From Delftia acidovorans NBRC 14950 (GTDB lineage Bacteria; Pseudomonadota; Gammaproteobacteria; Burkholderiales; Burkholderiaceae_C): a DNA stretch of 17,828 bases. Position numbers and translations under genes: made by a program. Shown here one piece after another: positions 1 to 9,395 of this stretch. The stretch's first letter is position 1; each line of letters starts with the position of its first letter. The notes under the pieces are model-generated. The model did no database searches. It was not told the DNA's origin and saw only the letters and a list, made by a program, of their open reading frames with translations. Location: positions 1-17,828 of the forward strand of contig NZ_BCZP01000049.1 of the NCBI RefSeq assembly GCF_001598795.1. Direction: 5' to 3'.

Positions 1-90
1 TTCGGCAGGACTGCAACCCCGCAGGCGGCCCGACGCAGGCGCTGATATACGGGGAGTGGGCTCGGGCCTTTGCTGCGCTCGGCCCGGTTC
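1..90. repeat. REP/REPIN-like intergenic repeat, copy 1 (truncated by the window edge), inverted relative to 17605..17694
   Basis: The reverse complement of 1..90 aligns ungapped with 17605..17694 at about 77/90 identical positions (hand alignment). It shares the GGGCC..GGCCC hairpin, CTCCCCGTAT(A/G)TCAGCGCCTGCG and GCGGGGTTGCA blocks. Confidence 0.8.
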
Positions 91-359
91 AGGGGGGCGC
101 TGCTTTTGACGTAGTGGGAGCAGCCCACGGCGACGACTTCGCCGCTGGTTTCGCTGGCCAGCATGTCGGCGCTGCTGCGGATGGTGCGCAGGGCGCTGGC
201 GAGCACGTCCAGGCGGTTGCTGGTTTCGGGCGTTTTCAGCCACAGCAGGACCATGCGGGAGAGCGCCGAGATTTCGGCACAGCCTTGCTGCACCAGGCGG
301 TCCACCTCGGTCACGACCTGGGTGAAATGCTCGGCGCCTGGTGGGGGTCTGGGTGTCAT
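1..359 (-). CDS. hypothetical protein, partial (ORF remains open to the left window edge)
   Basis: ATG at 359..357 on the minus strand, with GGAGAG (372..367) 7 nt upstream. Hand translation: MTPRPPPGAEHFTQVVTEVDRLVQQGCAEISALSRMVLLWLKTPETSNRLDVLASALRTIRSSADMLASETSGEVVAVGCSHYVKSS... Third codon positions are strongly G/C-biased. It is absent from the ORF track because no stop codon is reached. The + ORF 114..503 is its antisense shadow. No family recognised. Confidence 0.55.
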   Translation of the reverse strand, partial: MTPRPPPGAEHFTQVVTEVDRLVQQGCAEISALSRMVLLWLKTPETSNRLDVLASALRTIRSSADMLASETSGEVVAVGCSHYVKSSAPLNRAERSKGPSPLPVYQRLRRAACGVAVLP

Positions 360-454
360 GGCTCGGCTCTCCGTGCAAAGGTGAGGCGGGCCATCGAGAT
401 GGATGCGATGTACATGGTTCCGTGCTCCTATTCGAGACTGAACCACCAGGCCGG

Positions 455-649
455 GTTTTCAAGCACAGCAATGGTGGACGGGATGTTGAAAACACGAGAA
501 TAGTCGTGCGGGCAGCCTTGCGGTGAGCCCCATCCCGTCCCAAACAGTTCGGATGCAGGCAAGCGCCCACGATCCAAGCAAATCAGACGTGACAAGGCCT
601 CGCTATCGGGGAGGCCGCTCCGCTATTCTTCAAAGGTGTTTTCAAGCAC
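455..649. promoter_or_regulatory. three copies of a GTTTTCAA core motif in a long divergent intergenic region (candidate operator sites)
   Basis: GTTTTCAAGCAC is exact at 455..466 and 638..649. The inverted copy TTGAAAAC lies at 486..493; its complement GTGTTTTCAA matches 636..645. The longest version, GTGTTTTCAAGCAC, has palindromic GTG..CAC ends. Confidence 0.3.
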
Positions 650-717
650 CGGCCCCTTAACAGGGGGCTGGTGCGGATTGTGGCATAGCGACTGGAGTTG
701 CTCCAGCGGGGCTGGTA

Positions 718-732
718 TGACCTGGCAGGTCA
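718..732. promoter_or_regulatory. perfect 6-3-6 inverted repeat TGACCT-GGC-AGGTCA (candidate operator)
   Basis: Read directly from the sequence. It lies about 80-110 nt upstream of the candidate starts at 813 and 829. It is preceded by small hairpins at 652..668 and 692..706. Confidence 0.3.
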
Positions 733-828
733 TCGACTCGGGGGTGGTGGCGGCGGAGCATCGGTGGGGCCGGCTTGCGAGGTGCATGCCCGGCAATCCA
801 CAAGGAGTGCTGATGCCGATGTTTTCCC

Positions 829-1230
829 ATGCCCGTTTCCTGCCCCGCACCCTGTGCCGACGCCATCTGCTGCGCCGCGGCCGGTGCGGTGCAGCTGGCC
901 TTTGCGCAGCCGCTGGCCGTTGTCACGGGCTTGCCGCAGGCGCTGCTGCTGGGCACGGGGTGCTTCTTGCTGGCCTGGGCCTGCGTGGCGGGCTGGGGCG
1001 CGTGCCGCATGCCGCGCAGCAGGGGGCTGGTGGCGCTTGCCGTGTTCGGCAACTTCGGCTGGGCCCTGGCATGCGGGGTGGTGCTGTACAGCGGCGTGCT
1101 GGAGCCTGCGCCCGCAGGCTGGGCATGGGTGCTGGGCCAGGCGGCCATCGGCGTGGCGCTGGGCGATCTGCAGTGCGCGGGGTTGTGGCGCAGCAGGGCT
1201 TCGCTGGCCGGTTCGATGACAGCCCCGTGA
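829..1230 (+). CDS. small hydrophobic membrane protein (about 4 predicted TM segments), unknown function
   Basis: 133-aa ORF with high GC3. Hydrophobic stretches include AICCAAAGAVQLAFAQPLAVV, LLLGTGCFLLAWACVAGW, LVALAVFGNFGWALACGVVLY and WAWVLGQAAIGVALG. The start is uncertain: ATG 829 is the first in-frame start after the TGA at 811, but the only good SD (AAGGAG 802..807) serves the ATG at 813 in another frame. Confidence 0.6.
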   Translation: MPVSCPAPCADAICCAAAGAVQLAFAQPLAVVTGLPQALLLGTGCFLLAWACVAGWGACRMPRSRGLVALAVFGNFGWALACGVVLYSGVLEPAPAGWAWVLGQAAIGVALGDLQCAGLWRSRASLAGSMTAP

Positions 1231-1249
1231 AAGCCTGCCGCTTTTGCCG

Positions 1250-1269
1250 CGCGGACAGCGTTGTCCGCG
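1250..1269 (+). terminator. GC-rich hairpin downstream of the small membrane protein gene (weak terminator candidate or operator)
   Basis: CGCGGACA-GCGT-TGTCCGCG forms an 8-bp stem with a 4-nt loop, 20 nt after the stop at 1230. No U-tract follows. Confidence 0.3.
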
Positions 1270-1407
1270 TGTGACTATCGCCAATGGACCACAGCATCCG
1301 CGGGCACTTCTGGGCACAATGGAAATCAGAGTCTTGGTACATGCCCAGCAGCCCGGAAAAAGGCGGCGCGCATGTGCCTTCCCAGAGTTTCATCCAGGAG
1401 TCTCACG

Positions 1408-4284
<2,877 letters not shown>

Positions 4285-4300
4285 AGTTGGAAACCCCCTG

Positions 4301-4331
4301 AGCCGCTATGCGGCTTCCCCCTGGAAGGGGG
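4301..4331. terminator. two adjacent short hairpins between convergent acnA and lysR (weak terminator candidates)
   Basis: AGCCGC-TAT-GCGGCT (4301..4315) and CCCCC-TGGAA-GGGGG (4317..4331). No U-tract. A longer-range pairing, CCCTTGCTC (4355..4363) with GAGCAAGGG (4410..4418), is also present. Confidence 0.25.
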
Positions 4332-4426
4332 ACGACACCCTGGCGGCGGGGCGGCCCTTGCTCGGTGTCCCTCGCTTTTGGGCCACGCCAGTTTTGGACA
4401 TAGTGAACTGAGCAAGGGTGTGGCGT

Positions 4427-5326
4427 TTAGGGCTGCTGTCCCAGCCTGCCCACGCTGTCGCGCAGATGGGCCAGCAGCGATTCGACCAGGGGCTGCACAT
4501 GGCCCGGGTGCCACATGGCCTGCATCTGCGACTGCGGGTGCCGGCCCTGGATGGGCACGAAGGCCAGCCCCGGAAAGCCCACGCGCTGCAGGCAGGACGG
4601 AACCAGGGACACGCCCTGGCCCAGCGACACCATGGACAGCACCGACAGCCAGTGCCGCACCTCGTGGTGCAGGTCGGGCGTGAAGCCCTCGCTCTGGCAG
4701 ATCTGCCAGATCTGCTGGTGGTAGTCGGGCGAGACCTGGCGCGAGAACAGCACCATGCGCTCGCCCGCCAGCTGGCGCACCTGCAGCGTGCGCTGGCCGG
4801 CCAGCGCATGGCCTGCGGGCAGGCAGGCCATGAAGGGCTCGCTCACCAGGGTGTGTGATTGCAGGCCGGGCGCGGGGCGCGTGGCGTGCAGCAGGCCCAG
4901 GTCCAGCCGCTCCTGCTGCAGGGAGGCGATCTGCTCGGCGCTGTTGAGCTCCAGCATGTCGATGCGCACCAGCGGGTGCCGGGCGCGAAAGCTCTCCAGC
5001 GCCTCGGGCAGCCCGCGGTAGATGGCCGAACCCACAAAGCCCAGCCGGATGCGGCCCTGCACGCCGTCGGCGATGGCGCGCATGTCCTGACGCACGCGCT
5101 GGGCCTGTTCCATGATGTCCTGGGCCTGCACGCGCAGGTGCTTGCCGGCGGCCGTGAGCCGCACCTCCTTGCTGGTGCGCTCGAACAGCTGGGCGCCCAA
5201 CTCTTCCTCCAGCTGGCGGATGGCCACGCTCAGCGGCGGCTGGGAGATGGACAGGCGCTGGGCTGCGCGGCTGAAGTGCAGCTCCTCGGCCAGCACCAGA
5301 AAGTACCTCAGTTGTCTCAGCTCCAT
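4427..5326 (-). CDS. LysR-family transcriptional regulator, 299 aa
   Basis: The N-terminal wHTH MELRQLRYFLVLAEELHFSRAAQRLSISQPPLSVAIRQLEEELGAQLFERT is canonical for LTTRs. It has full LTTR length and is divergent from a catabolic operon. Confidence 0.93.
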   Translation of the reverse strand: MELRQLRYFLVLAEELHFSRAAQRLSISQPPLSVAIRQLEEELGAQLFERTSKEVRLTAAGKHLRVQAQDIMEQAQRVRQDMRAIADGVQGRIRLGFVGSAIYRGLPEALESFRARHPLVRIDMLELNSAEQIASLQQERLDLGLLHATRPAPGLQSHTLVSEPFMACLPAGHALAGQRTLQVRQLAGERMVLFSRQVSPDYHQQIWQICQSEGFTPDLHHEVRHWLSVLSMVSLGQGVSLVPSCLQRVGFPGLAFVPIQGRHPQSQMQAMWHPGHVQPLVESLLAHLRDSVGRLGQQP

Positions 5327-5340
5327 GGTGTTCTATCCGG

Positions 5341-5399
5341 TTTGACTATTGATCAATACGTTATCGATATTTGACTCGAATAGGACTGTTTCCAAGAAT
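5341..5399. promoter_or_regulatory. AT-rich divergent promoter/operator island between lysR and the acyl-CoA dehydrogenase gene
   Basis: Perfect 12-bp palindrome TATTGATCAATA (5347..5358) and 8-bp palindrome TATCGATA (5362..5369). They are flanked by direct repeats TTTGACT (5341..5347 and 5370..5376). Tentative + strand sigma70 elements: TTGACT 5371..5376, 17-nt spacer, AAGAAT 5394..5399. Confidence 0.5.
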
Positions 5400-5462
5400 G
5401 GGGGCATCCCCAAGACCCGGAGCCCATGCGCCCGGGCCCGGTTCCCGCACAGGAGACAGACC

Positions 5463-7166
5463 ATGAAACCCGAACCGCAGGCGCTGGCCGCCATGCAGTC
5501 TTCCCCCGCCCAGCCTTTCCAGGCCGTGCCCGACCGCCACGGCAGCAACCTGTACACCACCGATTCGCAGTTGCAGCCGCTGCTGGCGCTGTACCTGCCG
5601 CCTGAGGTGAACGCGCACCTGCAGCCCCATCTGGAGCGCATGGGCGCCCTGGCCGGCCGCGAGATCGATGAATGGGCACTGACCGCCGACCGCAACCCGC
5701 CCGAGCTGGAGCACCGTGACCGCACAGGGCGCGATGCGCAGCGCATCGTCAAGCACCCGGCCTATGTGGAGATGGAGCGCATTGCCTATGGCGAGTTCGG
5801 CCTGGCCGTCATGTCACACCGCACGGGCGTACTGGGCTGGGATGGCAAGCTGCCGCCGCTGGCCAAGTACGCGCTGACCTATCTGTTCGTGCAGGCCGAG
5901 TTCGGCCTGTGCTGCCCGCTGTCCATGACGGACTCGCTGGCGCGCACGCTGCGCAAGTACGGCGAGCCGGCCCTGGTCGAGAAGTACTGGCCGCGCATGA
6001 CGCAGCTGCGCTTCGAGGACCAGGCCCAGGGCGCCATGTTCATGACCGAGCAGGCGGCCGGCTCCGACATCTCCAACACCCAGACGCTGGCCCGCCCGGC
6101 CGCCGACGGCAGCTGGCGCCTGTCGGGCGACAAGTGGTTCTGCTCCAACCCCGATGCCGACTTCGCCATGGTGCTGGCGCGCGTGGAGGGCGCGCCCGCG
6201 GGCATGAAGGGCATCTCGCTGTTCCTGCTGCCGCGCCGGCTGGACGATGGCTCGGCCAACCACTACCGCATCGTGCGCCTCAAGCACAAGCTGGGCACGC
6301 GCTCCATGGCCAGCGGCGAGATCGTGCTCGACGGCGCCGTCGCCTACCTGGTGGGCGAGCAGGGCCGGGGCTTTGTGCAGATGGCCGACATGGTGAACAA
6401 CTCGCGCCTGTCCAACGGCGTGCGCTCGGCCGGGCTGATGCGCCGCGCCGTGGCCGAGGCCGAGTACGTGGCGCGCGAGCGCCGCGCCTTCGGCAAGGCC
6501 CTGCAGGACATGCCGCTGATGCAACGCCAGCTCGACAAGCTGCGCATCTACTCCGAGCAGGCCCGCACCATGGTGCTGCAGACGGCCCAGGCGCTGCAGC
6601 GTTCGGACGCAGGCGAAGACGGCGCCTACGCGCTGCTGCGCATCCTCACGCCCATGATCAAGTTCCGCGCCTGCCGCGATGCGCGCAAGGTCACGGGCGA
6701 CGCCATGGAAGTGCGCGGCGGATGCGGCTACATCGAGGAATGGAGCGATCCGCGCCTGGTGCGCGACTCCCACCTGGGATCGATCTGGGAAGGCACCAGC
6801 AACATCGTGGCGCTGGACGTGATCCGCGCCATCAAGCGCGAAGGCTCGCTGCCCGTGCTGCGCGACCACGCGGCCCAGCTGCTGGCCCAGACCGAGGCGG
6901 CCACGGACTTCAAGGCCGCGCTGTCGGCCAGCATGGACAAGGCTGCGGCCCTGGCCCTGCGCGCGGCCGAGGAGGGCGGTGACCGCCTGGCGCGCGCCGC
7001 CGCCTCGGGCCTGTACCACTGCTTCACGGCCACGGCCATGGCCTGGGAGGCCTCGTGCACACGCAGTGCCGAACGCATGCGCTGGGCCCAGCTGGTGCTG
7101 CTGCACCGCGTGCTGCCGCGCGACCCGCTGGCGGCAGGCGACCTGCCCGAAGGCTGGACACGCTGA
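5463..7166 (+). CDS. AidB-like acyl-CoA dehydrogenase family protein, 567 aa
   Basis: AGGAGA at 5451..5456, 6 nt before ATG 5463. Blocks collinear with E. coli AidB as I recall it: NPPEL, MTEQAAGSDISN, GDKWFCS, LKHKLGTRSMASGEI and SIWEGTSNI (the position of the catalytic Glu). The long N-terminal AidB-type domain is present. Confidence 0.9.
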   Translation: MKPEPQALAAMQSSPAQPFQAVPDRHGSNLYTTDSQLQPLLALYLPPEVNAHLQPHLERMGALAGREIDEWALTADRNPPELEHRDRTGRDAQRIVKHPAYVEMERIAYGEFGLAVMSHRTGVLGWDGKLPPLAKYALTYLFVQAEFGLCCPLSMTDSLARTLRKYGEPALVEKYWPRMTQLRFEDQAQGAMFMTEQAAGSDISNTQTLARPAADGSWRLSGDKWFCSNPDADFAMVLARVEGAPAGMKGISLFLLPRRLDDGSANHYRIVRLKHKLGTRSMASGEIVLDGAVAYLVGEQGRGFVQMADMVNNSRLSNGVRSAGLMRRAVAEAEYVARERRAFGKALQDMPLMQRQLDKLRIYSEQARTMVLQTAQALQRSDAGEDGAYALLRILTPMIKFRACRDARKVTGDAMEVRGGCGYIEEWSDPRLVRDSHLGSIWEGTSNIVALDVIRAIKREGSLPVLRDHAAQLLAQTEAATDFKAALSASMDKAAALALRAAEEGGDRLARAAASGLYHCFTATAMAWEASCTRSAERMRWAQLVLLHRVLPRDPLAAGDLPEGWTR

Positions 7167-7241
7167 GCCCATCGACCGCACCGACCCAGAACACACATCC
7201 CGTCCACAGGGATGACCGCACAAGTACCGGAGACAAACACC

Positions 7242-8246
7242 ATGCCTTGCACTGACCCGAAGCCGTCCTTCCAGAAACGCCGATTCCTGTGGGCCTGTGC
7301 GCTCGCCGCCACCGCCGCGCTGCCGGCCGCCGCCCTGGCCGAACGCTTTCCCGAGCGGCCCATCAGCTTCGTCGTTCCCTTCCCGCCCGGCGGGCCCACG
7401 GACGCCATGGCCCGCACGCTGGCGATATCGCTGACCGAGACGCTGGGCCAGAGCGTGATCGTGGAGAACAAGGCCGGTGCGGGCGGCAACATCGGCGCCG
7501 ACTTCGTGGCCCGCGCCAGGCCCGACGGCTACACCATCATGTTCGGCACCTCGGGGCCGCTGGCCATCAACAAGCACCTGTACCGCAAGATCAACTACGA
7601 CCCGCAGACCAGCTTCGCGCCCATCATCCGCGTGGGCCACCTGCCCAACGTGCTGGTGGTCAACCCAGCGACCAAGGCCACCACCGTGCAGGAGCTGATT
7701 GCGCAGGACAAGGCCAAGCCGGGCAGCCTGGACTATGCGTCCTCGGGCAATGGTGCCTCGTCGCACCTGGCGGGCGTGCTGTTCAACAAGATGGCCGGCA
7801 CCTCGCTGCAGCACATCCCCTACAAGGGCACGGGGCCCGCGCTCAATGACCTGCTGGCGGGGCAGGTGAACATGACCTTCACCGACATCCTCACCGCCAT
7901 GCCCTACATCAAGGCCGGCAAGTTCAAGGCCATTGGCGTGGCCACGGAAAAGCGCTCCCAGGCCATGCCCGACATCCCCACCATCGCCGAGCAGGGCCTG
8001 CCCGGCTACGACGTGAGCGTGTTCTTCGGCGTGGTGGCACCGGCCGGCACGCCGGCCGACCGCATCGAGACGCTGAACGCGGCGTTCCGCAAGGCCCTGA
8101 GCAGCGAGCGCATCCGCAAGACCTTTGCCGACCAGGGGCTGGAGCCGGCATCGGATCTGTCGCCAGCGGGGCTGTCGACCTTCATCGCGCAGGAGGTCAC
8201 GAAATGGAAGGCCGTGGTCGATGCCTCCGGCGCGAAGCTCGACTGA
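7242..8246 (+). CDS. Bug-family (TctC-like) tripartite tricarboxylate transporter substrate-binding protein
   Basis: GGAGA at 7229..7233, 8 nt before ATG 7242 (alternative ATG at 7212). Tat-type leader QKRRFLWACALAATAALPAAALA. Mature N-terminus FPERPISFVVPFPPGGPTDAMAR and VENKAGAGGNIG are typical Bug signatures. Confidence 0.9.
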   Translation: MPCTDPKPSFQKRRFLWACALAATAALPAAALAERFPERPISFVVPFPPGGPTDAMARTLAISLTETLGQSVIVENKAGAGGNIGADFVARARPDGYTIMFGTSGPLAINKHLYRKINYDPQTSFAPIIRVGHLPNVLVVNPATKATTVQELIAQDKAKPGSLDYASSGNGASSHLAGVLFNKMAGTSLQHIPYKGTGPALNDLLAGQVNMTFTDILTAMPYIKAGKFKAIGVATEKRSQAMPDIPTIAEQGLPGYDVSVFFGVVAPAGTPADRIETLNAAFRKALSSERIRKTFADQGLEPASDLSPAGLSTFIAQEVTKWKAVVDASGAKLD

Positions 8247-8259
8247 CGAGAGTATCCCC

Positions 8260-9381
8260 ATGAACACAAATCAACGCGCGGGAGCGCTCCAGGGCATCCG
8301 TGTCCTCGACCTCTCCCGCATTCTTGGTGGCCCGCTGTGCGGCCAGATCCTGGGCGACCACGGCGCCGACGTGCTCAAGGTGGAGCCGCCGCAGGGCGAC
8401 GATACGCGCGCCTGGGGGCCGCCGTTCCAGGACGGTGTGTCCTCCTACTACCGCGGCCTGAACCGCAACAAGCGGCTGCAGTTCCTGGACCTGTCCCAGC
8501 CCGAAGGCCAGCAGGCCGTGCTGGCGCTGATGGAGCAGGCCGACGTGGTGGTGGAGAACTTCAAGATCGGCACCATGGAGAAATGGGGCATTGGCTGGGA
8601 GCAGGTGCGCGAGCGCTTTCCGCGCCTCATCTGGTGCCGCGTCAGCGGCTTCGGCGCCGATGGCCCGCTGGGCGCCTGGCCCGGCTATGACGCGGCCATC
8701 CAGGCCATGACGGGGCTGATGAGCGTCAACGGCGAGGCTGGCGGCGATCCGCTGCGCGTGGGCCTGCCCGTGGTGGACATGGTCACGGGCATGAACGGTG
8801 TCATCGGCGTGCTGCTGGCGCTGCAGGAGCGCCAGCGCAGCGGCCTGGGCCAACTGGTCGATGTCTCGCTGTACGACAGCGGCATCTCGCTGCTGCACCC
8901 GCATGCGGGCAACTGGTTCATGAGCGGCAGGACGCCAGGGCGCTCGGGCAACGCCCATCCCAACATCTATCCCTACGACAGCTTTGCCACGGGCACCACG
9001 CCGGTCTTCTTGGCCGTGGGCAACGACCGCCAGTTCCGCCTGCTGTGCGAGCACCTGGGATGCCCGCAACTGGTGGCCGACGAGCGCTTTGCCACGGCCG
9101 GCCAGCGTTCTCACCACCGCGATGCGCTCAAGCCGCTGCTGGAGCAGGCCTTGCAGGCCAGCGACGGCCCCGCGCTGGCCGATGCGCTGATGGCCATCGG
9201 CGTGCCCGCCGCGCCTGTGCTGGGCGTGGATGCCGCGCTCAACCACCCGCATACCCTGCACCGCGAGATGGTGGTGGAGATGGAGGGCGGCTACCGGGGC
9301 CTGGGCGCGCCCGTCAAGCTCAGCCGCACGCCGGCCAGCTACCGGCATGCGCCGCTGGCCGAGGGCGACAGTTTCGAGTGA
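8260..9381 (+). CDS. family III CoA-transferase (CaiB/BaiF type), 373 aa
   Basis: Starts 13 nt after the Bug stop, so probably in the same operon. N-terminus GALQGIRVLDLSRILGGPLCGQILGDHGADVLKVEPP. GFGADGPLGAWPGYDAAIQAMTGLM contains the conserved Asp position. The track ORF start at 8125 overlaps the Bug gene and has no homology. Confidence 0.92.
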   Translation: MNTNQRAGALQGIRVLDLSRILGGPLCGQILGDHGADVLKVEPPQGDDTRAWGPPFQDGVSSYYRGLNRNKRLQFLDLSQPEGQQAVLALMEQADVVVENFKIGTMEKWGIGWEQVRERFPRLIWCRVSGFGADGPLGAWPGYDAAIQAMTGLMSVNGEAGGDPLRVGLPVVDMVTGMNGVIGVLLALQERQRSGLGQLVDVSLYDSGISLLHPHAGNWFMSGRTPGRSGNAHPNIYPYDSFATGTTPVFLAVGNDRQFRLLCEHLGCPQLVADERFATAGQRSHHRDALKPLLEQALQASDGPALADALMAIGVPAAPVLGVDAALNHPHTLHREMVVEMEGGYRGLGAPVKLSRTPASYRHAPLAEGDSFE

Positions 9382-9395
9382 GTTGCGTGGTGCGC

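Noticed and set aside
560-812. Riboswitch upstream of the 4-TM membrane protein gene (checked mentally against cobalamin, fluoride, guanidine I-III and Mn classes).
   Set aside because: No class-defining conserved core sequences were found. The downstream protein also lacks the signatures of CrcB or SMR/SugE exporters that those riboswitches usually control. The region is kept only as an unexplained structured region.
1335-1350. Sigma-54-like TGGTAC-N6-CAGCA upstream of acnA with correct GG/GC spacing.
   Set aside because: Both half-sites are degenerate. acnA is not known to be RpoN-dependent. The match probably arises by chance within the inverted repeat.
1261-1407. Upstream in-frame extensions suggested by the ORF track starts at 1261, 5349, 7212, 8125, 11897, 12382, 11703 and 14436.
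   Set aside because: The extensions lack SD sequences and homology. Several overlap the preceding gene, and one runs through the ccoG terminator (14436). Internal ATGs with SDs coincide with the conserved N-termini of the families.
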